From Alphaproteobacteria bacterium (lineage in GTDB: Bacteria; Pseudomonadota; Alphaproteobacteria; JAAXGF01), in the NCBI GenBank assembly GCA_963555825.3, contig CAUVXB020000001.1, positions 2,272,001 through 2,336,000 of the forward strand: a DNA stretch of 64,000 bases, written 5' to 3'. The notes beneath the pieces are model-generated. The model saw only the letters and a list, made by a program, of their open reading frames with translations. It did not search any database and was not told where the DNA came from. A program made the position numbers and the translations under genes. This document shows, piece by piece, positions 10,773 to 20,581 of the stretch (the first letter of the stretch is position 1; each line of letters opens with the position of its first letter).

Positions 10773-11713
10773 CTGTCACGGATCGCACCGACGATCCCCT
10801 TGGGGAACCACAGCACCAGCGCCACCAGAACCGCGCCGACGATCAGCAGATAGGCCGAGGTCAGGCCGCTCGAGATGTCGACCAGATAGAACATCAGGCC
10901 GGTGCCGACGAGCGGCCCGAGCGTCGTGCCGACGCCGCCCAAGAGCGTCCACAACAGTGGATAGATCGAGTACTGGAACGAGGCGAAAGTCGAGCCGACA
11001 TAGGAAAACAGAAGCGCGTAGGTCGCGCCCGCCGCGCCCGCGACGATCGCCGAGACGGCCAGCGCGAGCAGTTTGTATCGGTAGGTGTCGTAGCCCAGCA
11101 TGCGGGTGCGTGCCTCGTTCTCGCGAATCGCGATCAGGACGCGCCCGGTCGGCGAGCGGACCAGCGCGAGGCTCGCCAGCAGCGCGACCGCGAAGACGAC
11201 GAGCGCGGCGTTGTACTTGACCGCTGGCGCCGAGAACGGCAGCTCGACACCGCCGAGGGCGAGCGGCGCAAGCTTTTGCGAGATCACGAAGCCTTGATCA
11301 CCCAGGGTGAATTCGTTGAAGTAGAGCGTCGCGAGGAACATCGCCTGGGCGAACATCAGCGTGACGATCATGAACGAGACGCCGCCCGTCCTGAGCGCCA
11401 CCGCGCCGAACGTGAGAGCGAGCACGAGGCTCGCCGCGATGCCGGCGCCGAGCGCTGGGATGGCGCCGAAACCCAGATGGTAGACCGACAACCCGGCGCC
11501 GTAGACGCCGGCGGCGAAGAACATCGCGTGGCCCAGACTCAACAGCCCGGTATAGCCGAGCAACAGGTTGTAGCCGACGACGAAGGTTGCGAGAACCATG
11601 ATGCGCGCGGCGTTGGTGTGGTGGTAGGGCGGCAGGACGAACTGCAGGGCGAGCAACAGGGCGATGACGCCGAGATGCAGCGCGACGGCCTTGGCCATGC
11701 CATGCCGTCTCAT
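10751..11713 (-). CDS. livM: Branched-chain amino acid-type ABC permease
   Basis: NLLLGYTGLLSLGHAMFF, SPTGRVLIAIRENE. Confidence 0.9.
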   Translation of the reverse strand: MRRHGMAKAVALHLGVIALLLALQFVLPPYHHTNAARIMVLATFVVGYNLLLGYTGLLSLGHAMFFAAGVYGAGLSVYHLGFGAIPALGAGIAASLVLALTFGAVALRTGGVSFMIVTLMFAQAMFLATLYFNEFTLGDQGFVISQKLAPLALGGVELPFSAPAVKYNAALVVFAVALLASLALVRSPTGRVLIAIRENEARTRMLGYDTYRYKLLALAVSAIVAGAAGATYALLFSYVGSTFASFQYSIYPLLWTLLGGVGTTLGPLVGTGLMFYLVDISSGLTSAYLLIVGAVLVALVLWFPKGIVGAIRDRWLEWLP

Positions 11714-12591
11714 GTCTCGTCGTCCCCGAACAAACCGCCGGGCCGGAAGATCAGCACGACGGCGACCAGCAGCGTGGCCAGTATCTTGGCCAGCGTCGGC
11801 GAGAAGAAGACCGAGATGATGCCGTCGGAAAGGCCGATGACGAAGGCCGCGATCACGGTGCCGACCAAGCTGCCGAGGCCGCCAAGGATGACGACGATGA
11901 ACGACAGCAGCAGCGGGTCGAGCCCCATCAGGTAATGCGCCTGTTGGATCGGCACGACGAGCACGCCGGCGACCGCGGCGAGCATGGCGCCCAACGCGAA
12001 GACCGTGGCGTAGACGTGCCGCACCGGTACGCCGAACGCCTGGGCCATGTCCTGGTCGTGCTGGGTCGCCCGCATGTAGAGCCCGAACTTGGTGCGCGTC
12101 ATGGCGAGCCAGGCGCCAACCAGCAACAGCGCCGAGGCGCCGACGACGATCAGCTTGTAGCCCGAGTAGCCGAACCACGGAAACTGGACGCGGAAGTAAA
12201 TCGGCGCCTCGACCGGCCGGGCGTCGGGACCGTAGAGCATCAAGACCAGCTGCTCGATGATGTACAAGAGCCCGATGGTCGCGACGATGGTGCGCTCCGG
12301 GTCGTAGTCGATGCGCCTGAGCACCAGCCAGTCGGTCGCGTAAGCGACACCGCCGACGATCAAGGGCGCCACCACGATCGCCAGCGCGAAGCCGACGAGC
12401 GGCGCGCCGCCGACCAGCGAGGCGCACCACCAGGCGAGCACGGCGCCGAGCATGAAAAACGCGCCATGAGCGACGTTGACCACGCGCATGACGCCGAAGA
12501 CGAGCGACAGACCGAGCGCGGTGACCGCCAGCACGAAGGCGGTGACCGTGCCCTCGAGCAGGGCGAGGAATAGATGCGGCCCGAAGCTCAT
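11710..12591 (-). CDS. livH: Branched-chain amino acid-type ABC permease
   Basis: ALGLSLVFGVMRVVNVAHG, TKFGLYMRA, VVILGGLGS. Confidence 0.9.
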   Translation of the reverse strand: MSFGPHLFLALLEGTVTAFVLAVTALGLSLVFGVMRVVNVAHGAFFMLGAVLAWWCASLVGGAPLVGFALAIVVAPLIVGGVAYATDWLVLRRIDYDPERTIVATIGLLYIIEQLVLMLYGPDARPVEAPIYFRVQFPWFGYSGYKLIVVGASALLLVGAWLAMTRTKFGLYMRATQHDQDMAQAFGVPVRHVYATVFALGAMLAAVAGVLVVPIQQAHYLMGLDPLLLSFIVVILGGLGSLVGTVIAAFVIGLSDGIISVFFSPTLAKILATLLVAVVLIFRPGGLFGDDET

Positions 12592-12783
12592 GGCGCCGGG
12601 TGCGTTCGAGACATGGCGGGGCGGCCGAGCGTCATCCCTAGCCGCCTCAGCTGTATTGTACGGTCACCTTTACTGCGTATAGACGACCTGCGCTCAATCG
12701 CCGCGAATGCCAATCTATATCCCACAAGGACTGGCCGAACGGTCGGCGGCCCCCCTCTTGTCCCAATAAGGTTGGCGCAGGCT

Positions 12784-12820
12784 GGCATAATCCGACCGAT
12801 TCCGATCGATCGGATTATGC
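12784..12820. terminator. Hairpin just downstream of the SBP gene (terminator/REP-like, possibly mRNA-stabilising)
   Basis: GCATAATCCGACCGAT-TCCG-ATCGATCGGATTATGC near-perfect inverted repeat. Confidence 0.5.
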
Positions 12821-12821
12821 G

Positions 12822-14171
12822 TTAAAGCGACTGCGTCGTGTAGTCCGCCTCGGGCTCGTAGAGCCCGTCCTCGATCGACGTCGTGTGCACGACCTTGAGC
12901 TTCTGGTTCTCGACCAGCGAGATGAACTGCTGGCCAAAGCCCTGGTGGATCTTGCCGACGAACTTCTTGTGGCCCTGCGGATGCTCGATCCCCTCGTTGT
13001 ACCATTCGGTGTTCTCGATCGTCTCGACCAGCGCCTCGATGTCCTTCGGCGTCCGTTCCCGATAGCCGCTCTGCTCGACCGCCTGCTTGATGGCGTAGAG
13101 CGTCTCCCAACAGCCGAACATGTGGGAATACGTCGAGACGTCCTTCGAATCCTGCACGCTCGCGCCGTTGGCGTCGACGCCGACCGCGTCGCGGAAGACC
13201 TTCTCCCAACGCGTCGGGTAGCCATCGGCGTAGCGCGGCATGGCCTCCCAGAAATGCGTCCCATCGAGGTATTCCAAGCCCGGGCTCGCCATGTCGACGG
13301 CCTCGAGTGAGTCCATGAAACCGAAAATCTGCGGCCGGTTTGAGCCGAAGTGCTCGCCCATCTCGCGCACGAAGGTTAAGACGCCCGGTCCGACCATGAC
13401 GTGGTAGAGCACCTCGGTGTCGGACGGGATCTGCGCAAAATACTTGGTGTAGGACGTCTCGGTTGGCGGAATCGCCAGCTTCGTCGTGACCGAGCCGCCC
13501 ATCGCATCGGCCGCCGCCGAGAAGAAGTCTCGGTGATTGTAGCCGAACGCGTAGTCCGGGAAGATCATCGCAACCTTCTTGCCGAGATTGCCGAACACCC
13601 ATTTGGCGATCGCCTGGATCTGGGCGCGGACGTCGGTGATGCCCGGCTGGAAGACATAGCGGTTCAGCGAGCCCGAGGCGACGTGATAGCCCTCGCTGAC
13701 GACGAAATAGGGCACCTTGAGTTCGCCGGCGCGCGGCGCCGAGCCGATCACGACATGCGAGAACAGGGTGCCGAAGATGAAATCGACGTTGTGCTGGGTG
13801 GCCAGCTTCTCGACGACCTCGGCGCCGCGCTTCGGATCGGTGCCGTCGTCCTCGGTGACCAGCTCGATCGGCCGGCCGGCGATGCCGCCTGTCGCGTTGA
13901 TGCGCGCGACCGCCGCCGCGGTGGTCCGCTCGTACCATCGGCCGTAGCCCGCGCCGATGCCCGTGCGGTGGACCTGGAAGCCGATCTTGAGCGGCTTCTC
14001 GGACGCCGACTGCGCCAGCGCCGGCGACGCCAGCGGGCTCGGCAGATAGCCAGCCGCGATACCGGCCGCCGCCGCGCCGGCCAATGTTCCGGCGGTCTTG
14101 AAGGCGGTCCGCCTGGAGACGCGCGTGGCATCGTCGGCGGTGCCGTCGGTACTGTTGTCCTGCTTGGTCAT
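12822..14171 (-). CDS. ABC transporter substrate-binding protein (LivJ/K-like), Tat-exported
   Basis: Tat motif SRRTAFK, GGIAGRPIELVTEDD, first gene of the liv-like operon. Confidence 0.88.
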   Translation of the reverse strand: MTKQDNSTDGTADDATRVSRRTAFKTAGTLAGAAAAGIAAGYLPSPLASPALAQSASEKPLKIGFQVHRTGIGAGYGRWYERTTAAAVARINATGGIAGRPIELVTEDDGTDPKRGAEVVEKLATQHNVDFIFGTLFSHVVIGSAPRAGELKVPYFVVSEGYHVASGSLNRYVFQPGITDVRAQIQAIAKWVFGNLGKKVAMIFPDYAFGYNHRDFFSAAADAMGGSVTTKLAIPPTETSYTKYFAQIPSDTEVLYHVMVGPGVLTFVREMGEHFGSNRPQIFGFMDSLEAVDMASPGLEYLDGTHFWEAMPRYADGYPTRWEKVFRDAVGVDANGASVQDSKDVSTYSHMFGCWETLYAIKQAVEQSGYRERTPKDIEALVETIENTEWYNEGIEHPQGHKKFVGKIHQGFGQQFISLVENQKLKVVHTTSIEDGLYEPEADYTTQSL

Positions 14172-14261
14172 CGTCCGTCCTCCCAGACATCGTTTTATCG
14201 ATTTGAACGCAGCCGATACCTTACATGGCGATCCCGCTCCGCTCAAGATCGCTCGATGCGC

Positions 14262-15704
14262 TCATCCGACCGCCGGGGTGGCGAGCAGCCAGAGGCCGAA
14301 CAGCGTGTAGCCGATCATCAGGACGGTCGTCGGCGCCTGGCCCAGCATCGTCTGGCGCGGACCATCGCCGTCGCGCAACGCCACGAGGTGGGCGATCGCG
14401 ACGGCCATCACATGCGCGGCGACGATGATGCCGACCTGCACATTCCAGATCACCTCGACCGAGCGGTGGTCGGTGAGGAACGACGCGGTGACGTGCATGT
14501 CGCGCGCGCCGATCAGGTTCCAGCCCAGCGCGTACGGGTCCGACAACGCCCGCGCCGCGTACTGAACGTCGACCAGGAAGGCCGGCAGGTAGTGGGCGAC
14601 GTGGTAGCCGAACGCGATCGGCACGATCGAAACGATCATGCGCCCGAGGCTTTCGCCGACGCCGATGCGCGAACCGGCGAGCGCGCGGCCGAGCAGAACG
14701 GTGGCAAGAGAGACCGCGGCGAGCGCGCCGAACATCGCCACGAGACCAAACGAGTTGACCGCCACTAGCGCCGTTCGCCCGGCAAACTGGAGCGGGTTCT
14801 CGCCGATCAAACCGAGCCACCAGAAGCTCCGCGACAAGCCGTCGAACGAGACCGTTGCGAGCACCGACAGAACGAAGGCAACAACGCCCAGGGGCAATGC
14901 GCCGACATCGAGGAGCCGGATGCCGGGCGGCGCGACGGTAACCGCTTCGCCGCCGTCCGACCCATCGGGCTCGCGACCGAGGGGAGACAACCAGGCGACG
15001 ATCCGAAAGAACAAAGAGAACGCCTCGCCGCGGCGAAGCCAGGTCTCGCCGCCGAACAGCAGCATGCCGGCGAAGGTGACGCCCGCGTAGACGGCGACGG
15101 CGTTCGCCAGCACGGCCGGGTCGTGCGGCGCCGGGTGGACCAGCTCGAACCAGGCGAAGCCCAAGAACAGGCCGAACGCCGGCCAATACCCCAGCCACGC
15201 CGGATAGCCGAGCGGCGGCCGCGCGCGCCAGTTCGAGAGCCCCGGCAACAGGGTGACCAGGCGATAGGGGCCGCGCCACGGGTTGAGCCGCGCCCAGAGA
15301 TTGCCGAACAACGCGTGGAGCAACGTCAGGCCAACCCACCACAGCGTCCAGACGACCAGCGGCAACGGGTTCGCCAAGGGGTCGCGGCTGCCGGCATGGC
15401 CAGCGATCACCAACGCGAGGGCAACCGTGAAGACGGCAAGGCTTGGCGCTTCGCCAGCCCAGCCAAGCGAGCTCCCGAGGCGCCAGCGCCCGAAACGCCA
15501 GCGGGCGCGTTCGAGAGCACGCAGACCGGCCGTCGGGATGTTCGTCATCATGACGAACGAGAGCGCCACGGCCAACGCGCCGCCGACGATATAGAGATGG
15601 GTCGGCAGAAGCAGGATGAACGCGCGCTCGTTCGTGTGCGCCTCGGCCACGCCACACCCGGCGATCATCATCGGCACGATCAGCAGAAGACAGGCGCGTA
15701 ACAT
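14262..15704 (-). CDS. Conserved-looking polytopic membrane protein of unknown function
   Basis: 480 aa with many TM segments, PIAFGYHVAHY motif, GC-rich coding codon bias. Confidence 0.7.
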   Translation of the reverse strand: MLRACLLLIVPMMIAGCGVAEAHTNERAFILLLPTHLYIVGGALAVALSFVMMTNIPTAGLRALERARWRFGRWRLGSSLGWAGEAPSLAVFTVALALVIAGHAGSRDPLANPLPLVVWTLWWVGLTLLHALFGNLWARLNPWRGPYRLVTLLPGLSNWRARPPLGYPAWLGYWPAFGLFLGFAWFELVHPAPHDPAVLANAVAVYAGVTFAGMLLFGGETWLRRGEAFSLFFRIVAWLSPLGREPDGSDGGEAVTVAPPGIRLLDVGALPLGVVAFVLSVLATVSFDGLSRSFWWLGLIGENPLQFAGRTALVAVNSFGLVAMFGALAAVSLATVLLGRALAGSRIGVGESLGRMIVSIVPIAFGYHVAHYLPAFLVDVQYAARALSDPYALGWNLIGARDMHVTASFLTDHRSVEVIWNVQVGIIVAAHVMAVAIAHLVALRDGDGPRQTMLGQAPTTVLMIGYTLFGLWLLATPAVG

Positions 15705-15942
15705 GTCGAAGGTGAAAATCCATCAACGATCGGCGAGAGCGCCATGGTAGCCATTTCGACCCGTGGCGGGAAACCGCCTGACTGGTCGACGGTACTAGGG
15801 AATCTCCCAAGTACGTCAATGTGATGACACGCGACTTTCGTGTTGCCTATACTGGCGCTTGGCGCGACGGGAGGATAAGCTTCGCGCTGGGAGGAACAAC
15901 GAATGACCCGGACGCGTAGGCCTTCTCGGGGCTCTGGGCGCG

Positions 15943-17217
15943 GTGATTTGCTTTGGCCTAGCCGTAGTGGCCCTCGCTGCGGGCCCAACCGGTGAAACCG
16001 TGTACGTGTCGGCGCCAGGTGTCGCCGACGCGCCGTTGGTGCATGGCCCGATGCGGCTTGCCCAAACCACCGAAGGGGTGTCGCGCGAAGACCTCCTCAA
16101 GCAGCTCGAGGAGATGAAGGCGAAGGTCAAGGCGCTCGCCAAGCAGGACTCCCAGGTCCCCGAGATCCGGGTCAATGCGCCTGCCGAGGCCGACGCCGTC
16201 AACAAGACCTATATCGTTGAAGGTTTCGTCGGCGATCGGGGCAGTCAGACCGTGCTGACGCTCAACGGCGAGCCGGTCGAGCTGCTCGCGCCGCCGCCCA
16301 ACTCACCATTCCTCGGCATCTATACCAATGCCTTCAAGATCGAGGTGCCGATCTCCAAGGACGATTCCGAACACCGCCTGGTGTTCGAGGCGGTCGACCA
16401 GAACAACAACAAAATTGCCAAAGAGGTCGTCGTCAAGATCATCGTCAGCAACCGGCCGAAGTTCAAGGGTAAGTACTACGCGCTGCTCATCGGCAACGCG
16501 CGCTACGACTTCCTCGATCCGGTCAAAACCGCGGAGAACGACGCCAAGGCGGTCGCCGACGTGCTCAAGCGCCGCTTCGTGTTCGACGAGGAACGGATCA
16601 CGGTGCTGCTCAATGCGACGCGGCGCGACATGCTCGGCACGCTGTCGAAACTGCGCAAGGAGCTCAAATCCAAGGACCGGTTGCTAATTTTTTACGCCGG
16701 CCGCGGCCTCATCGACGACGTGACCAACGAGGGCTTCTGGCAGGGCATCGACGCCGAGGAACTCGACGACTTCACCTGGATCGCGATCGACGACGTGCGT
16801 CGGAACCTGCGCGGCCTGCCCGCCCGGCACGTGCTGGTGATCGCCGATTCGGTGTTTCCCGTCGCGGTGCAGCGCGGCTCCAGGAGCGACCGCGACCGCT
16901 TTTTCTCCGAGCTCGATAGCTACGTCTCGCGCAACGCGATCATCTCGGGCGGTGCGAAACCGAGATCCAGCGAGATTTCAGGCATGCACTCGGTATTCAC
17001 CCATTTCCTGCTCGAAATTCTCGAGACCAACGAGGAGCCCTATATCACCTCGCGCCAGTTGTTCGAGAAGCTGCAGACCAAGTTGACCGAGAGCTCCGAC
17101 CTCAACCCCGAGCGGGTCACCGTGCCCAATACCGGCGACGAGGGCTTCGGTGATTTCACCTTCATCCTGCGCGTCGAGCCGATCCCCGCCCAAGGCGCCG
17201 CGGGCACCGAAGGCTGA
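15943..17217 (+). CDS. Exported caspase-family (peptidase C14) protein with substituted catalytic dyad
   Basis: YALLIGNARY...TAENDAKAVA, LLNATR, FYAGRG (normally YAGHG), IADSV (normally DSC), HSVFT; hydrophobic N-terminus; likely true ATG at 15903 after GGAGG is out of frame. Confidence 0.8.
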   Translation: MICFGLAVVALAAGPTGETVYVSAPGVADAPLVHGPMRLAQTTEGVSREDLLKQLEEMKAKVKALAKQDSQVPEIRVNAPAEADAVNKTYIVEGFVGDRGSQTVLTLNGEPVELLAPPPNSPFLGIYTNAFKIEVPISKDDSEHRLVFEAVDQNNNKIAKEVVVKIIVSNRPKFKGKYYALLIGNARYDFLDPVKTAENDAKAVADVLKRRFVFDEERITVLLNATRRDMLGTLSKLRKELKSKDRLLIFYAGRGLIDDVTNEGFWQGIDAEELDDFTWIAIDDVRRNLRGLPARHVLVIADSVFPVAVQRGSRSDRDRFFSELDSYVSRNAIISGGAKPRSSEISGMHSVFTHFLLEILETNEEPYITSRQLFEKLQTKLTESSDLNPERVTVPNTGDEGFGDFTFILRVEPIPAQGAAGTEG

Positions 17218-17222
17218 TACCC

Positions 17223-17352
17223 CGCTCGCTTTAAACGTAAGCAGTATACCTTTTTCAGGACTCTTCTCGGGCGGCCTCCCCACGCAGCGGGATGCATCCG
17301 AATGGGTCGTCTCGATAATTTAAATATATACTGCTTACGTTTAATGTGAGCG
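17223..17352. repeat. AT-rich inverted-repeat-bounded 130-bp element between convergent genes
   Basis: Perfect 18-bp IR TTAAACGTAAGCAGTATA (17231-17248 / 17327-17344), extendable to CGCTC ends. Confidence 0.7.
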
Positions 17353-17380
17353 TCGACGAAATATTCTGTGGCTGCCGGGG

Positions 17381-18205
17381 TCAGGCCTTGCCGTAGGCGT
17401 TTCGCAGGGCCGGATAGTCGAGCCTGGGGCCCTGTGCCTGGGTGAAGTAGACGGTGTGGCACATCACATCGCCGGCCTCGGCCAGGATCATCGCGAAGCT
17501 CGGCGGCTCGTAACACATCACCAGATCGGCCGAGACCAAGTCGAGAGCCACCTGATGACAGGTCGACGCCGCCGCCATCACGGGCACGTCGCCCAAGCGC
17601 CCGGTCATGGTGCGGTGCGCGTGGCCGGCGTGGATACTGCGTACCTGGCCGTGGCGCGCGACCACCTCGGCGAGCCCGTCGATGCCGTCGAGGCCGATCG
17701 CGTCGATCGGCGGAATATGCGTCGTGAAGGGCGGATGGTGCAGGAATACCAGCGTCGGCGTGTCGGGCAGCCGCGCCAGCGTCGCGTCGAGCCAGGCGAG
17801 GCGCGCCGCGCAAAGCAAGCCACACGCCGTACCCGGAACGTTGGTATCGAGCATGACCAGACGATGGCCCTCGACGTCCTCGACCGCGTATTGGACGTAG
17901 TCGCCCGTCGTGTAGCGCGGCTCGCCGGCAAACGCCTGGCGGAAAATCTCGCGGTTGTCGTGATTGCCGATCATCAGATGGACCGGGACGGTGGCGTCCT
18001 CGATGCAGCGTTTCAGCTCCTCGTAGGCCTCGATATCGCCCTTGTGGGTCAGATCGCCACTGATCACCACGGCGTCGTAGAAACCGTCCGGCTGGCGCGC
18101 GACCTCGGCCAACGCCTGGCGCAGCAGGGTCGGCGTGTGCAGGCCGCACAGCCGGTGTTCAGGCGCCGTGACGTGGGTGTCGGTGATCTGGGCGATGCGC
18201 AGCAT
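17381..18205 (-). CDS. Calcineurin-like metallophosphoesterase (CpdA/GpdQ-like phosphodiesterase)
   Basis: DTH, SGDLT, GNHD, LHHPP, GHAH motifs. Confidence 0.9.
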   Translation of the reverse strand: MLRIAQITDTHVTAPEHRLCGLHTPTLLRQALAEVARQPDGFYDAVVISGDLTHKGDIEAYEELKRCIEDATVPVHLMIGNHDNREIFRQAFAGEPRYTTGDYVQYAVEDVEGHRLVMLDTNVPGTACGLLCAARLAWLDATLARLPDTPTLVFLHHPPFTTHIPPIDAIGLDGIDGLAEVVARHGQVRSIHAGHAHRTMTGRLGDVPVMAAASTCHQVALDLVSADLVMCYEPPSFAMILAEAGDVMCHTVYFTQAQGPRLDYPALRNAYGKA

Positions 18206-18251
18206 TTTGTCCAACGGTCGACGGGCCCGGTCTCGCGCCGAGCCTCGATCC

Positions 18252-18797
18252 CTATTCGGCCGCGGGCAGCGGTGGCGGGCTGTCGCTCAGGCTGCGCAGG
18301 AAGGCGATCAAGTCCGCACGCCCCTTGGGTTTCTTGACGCCGGCGAAGCTCATCTTGGTGCCCGGCACCATGTCCTTTGGCTTGGTCAGGAACTTATCCA
18401 AGGCGGCGTAGTCCCATTTGCCACCGATGCCAGCGAGCGCGTCGGAGTACTTGAAACCGGCCGCCTTGCCCATATCGCCGCCGACGACGTTCCACAGGTT
18501 CGGCCCGACCTTGTTCTTGCCGCCCTTGTCGAAGCTGTGGCAGGCCGAGCATTTCTTGGCGATCTTCTTGCCGCTCGCGACATCGGCGGCGGCGAGCAGC
18601 GCGCCCAGCGAAGCGACGGGCGCTTCCTCGATCGCGCTCGCGGCGACCGCGACCGTCTCAGCCATCGGCACCGGATAGGCGACCGTTTCGGCCGGCGTCC
18701 GGTGCATGGCCTCGTCGACGCCGACGTTGATCGTCCAGAAGGCGAGGCCCGCGACGAGTATCGCCGCCGCCAATTTGTTGAATTCCATCGCCGACAT
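18252..18797 (-). CDS. cycM: Membrane-anchored class I cytochrome c (CycM/c2-like)
   Basis: N-terminal TM helix, CSACH, VGPNL, PGTKMSFAG. Confidence 0.88.
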   Translation of the reverse strand: MSAMEFNKLAAAILVAGLAFWTINVGVDEAMHRTPAETVAYPVPMAETVAVAASAIEEAPVASLGALLAAADVASGKKIAKKCSACHSFDKGGKNKVGPNLWNVVGGDMGKAAGFKYSDALAGIGGKWDYAALDKFLTKPKDMVPGTKMSFAGVKKPKGRADLIAFLRSLSDSPPPLPAAE

Positions 18798-18927
18798 GCC
18801 GTTTCCCCCCGCCGGAAGGTCGCCCGGGTCGGCGAAAGATTAGCCACTTCACGGTCAACTGTCCAACGCCTAAACTGCGGCCGCAATGCCGCCAGGCGGC
18901 ATCCGACCCACGACAGGCCCGAGGACC

Positions 18928-19695
18928 ATGACGCGTTCGCCCAACCCGGTGATTCTAATTCCCGCGCGGCTGAAATCGGCCCGGCTTCCGGGCAAGCCGT
19001 TGGCCGAAATCGACGGCGAGCCGATGATCGTCCACGTCTGGCGGCGCGCCTGCGAGATCGACATCGGCCCGGTGTTCGTCGCCGCGGCCGAGGCCGAGAT
19101 CGCCGATGCGGTGACGGCGGCCGGCGGCGCGGCGGTGATGACCGATCCCGACCACGCCTCGGGCTCGGACCGCATCTTCGAGGCGCTGCAAAAAATCGAC
19201 CCGCATGGCGACTTCGACATCGTCGTCAACGTCCAGGGCGACCAGCCCTTGCTGGACGCCGCGCTGCCCCGCGCCGCGCTCGCGCTGCTCGACGACCCGG
19301 CGGTCGACATCGGCACCGTCGCCTGCCCGATCACCGATGCCGCGGCGCGCAACGACCCCAACATGGTCAAGGCGGTCGTCTCGGCGGCGCCCGGCGCAGG
19401 GTCCGGGCGCGCGCTCTATTTCACCCGTGCCGCGGCGCCTTCGGGCGACGGACCGCTGTGGCACCACATCGGCAATTACGCGTACCGCCGGGCCGCGCTC
19501 GCACGCTTCGTCGGGCTGCCGCCCAGCCCGCTCGAGCAACGCGAGCGGCTCGAGCAGCTGCGCGCGCTCGAGGCCGGCATGCGCATCGACGTGGCGTTCG
19601 TTGACTCGGTCCCGCTCGACGTCAATACTCCCGACGAACTCGCACAAGTCCGCAGCATTCATGCGCATTCGCGCGAGACCAATTCCGAGCCTTGA
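18928..19695 (+). CDS. kdsB: 3-deoxy-manno-octulosonate cytidylyltransferase
   Basis: IPARLKSARLPGKPL, SGSDRI, NVQGD, ERLEQLRAL. Confidence 0.95.
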   Translation: MTRSPNPVILIPARLKSARLPGKPLAEIDGEPMIVHVWRRACEIDIGPVFVAAAEAEIADAVTAAGGAAVMTDPDHASGSDRIFEALQKIDPHGDFDIVVNVQGDQPLLDAALPRAALALLDDPAVDIGTVACPITDAAARNDPNMVKAVVSAAPGAGSGRALYFTRAAAPSGDGPLWHHIGNYAYRRAALARFVGLPPSPLEQRERLEQLRALEAGMRIDVAFVDSVPLDVNTPDELAQVRSIHAHSRETNSEP

Positions 19696-19698
19696 GAC

Positions 19699-20553
19699 AT
19701 GAACGACCGCACCGCCGATCAGGCCATCGCCTTCCAGGGCAAGCTGGGCTCCTATTCGCATCTCGCCTGCATCGAGGGTTATCCGCAAGCGCGCCCGCTG
19801 CCCTGCGAGAGCTTCGATGACACCTTCGAGGCGGTGCGCCGGGGTGACGCCGGCATGGCGATGATTCCGATCGAGAACTCGGTCGCCGGCCGCGTCGCCG
19901 ACATTCACCACCTGCTGCCCGAATCGGGCCTGCACATCGTCGCCGAGCACTTCCAGCGGGTGAACCACTGCCTGCTGGCGCCCAAGGGCGCGACGATCGA
20001 GGGCCTGGTCCGGGTGCATTCGCATGTTCACGCGCTGCCGCAATGCCGCGAGCTGATCCGCGAGCTGGACCTCGATCCGATCGTCCACGTCGACACGGCG
20101 GGCGCCGCGGCCGACATCGCGGCGCGCGGCGACCCGACCGAGGCCGCCATCGCCTCGCGCCTCGCCGGCGAGATCCACGGCCTCGATGTGCTGCGCGAGA
20201 ACATCGAGGACGCCGATCACAACACCACGCGCTTCGTCGTCATGGCGCGCGAAGCGGTCGAGCCCGACCCGGACGACGGCCCGACGATGACGACCTTCGT
20301 GTTCCGCGTGCGCAACGTGCCGGCGGCGCTCTACAAGGTGATGGGCGGCTTCGCGACCAACAACGTGAACATGGTCAAGCTGGAGAGCTACATGCTCGAC
20401 GGCACCTTCACGGCGACCCAATTCTATGCCGACATCGAGGGCCACCCGAAACAGGGGCCGGTGCGCCTCGCGCTCGAGGAGCTCGATTTCTTCTCGCGTT
20501 ACGTCAAGATCCTCGGCGTCTATCCGGCCCACCCCTTCCGTCACCAAAACTAA
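19699..20553 (+). CDS. pheA: Prephenate dehydratase
   Basis: PIENSVAG, NTTRF, ACT domain with KLESY. Confidence 0.95.
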   Translation: MNDRTADQAIAFQGKLGSYSHLACIEGYPQARPLPCESFDDTFEAVRRGDAGMAMIPIENSVAGRVADIHHLLPESGLHIVAEHFQRVNHCLLAPKGATIEGLVRVHSHVHALPQCRELIRELDLDPIVHVDTAGAAADIAARGDPTEAAIASRLAGEIHGLDVLRENIEDADHNTTRFVVMAREAVEPDPDDGPTMTTFVFRVRNVPAALYKVMGGFATNNVNMVKLESYMLDGTFTATQFYADIEGHPKQGPVRLALEELDFFSRYVKILGVYPAHPFRHQN

Positions 20554-20581
20554 CCTGCGCGCGGCGGGGAGCCGAAATGCC

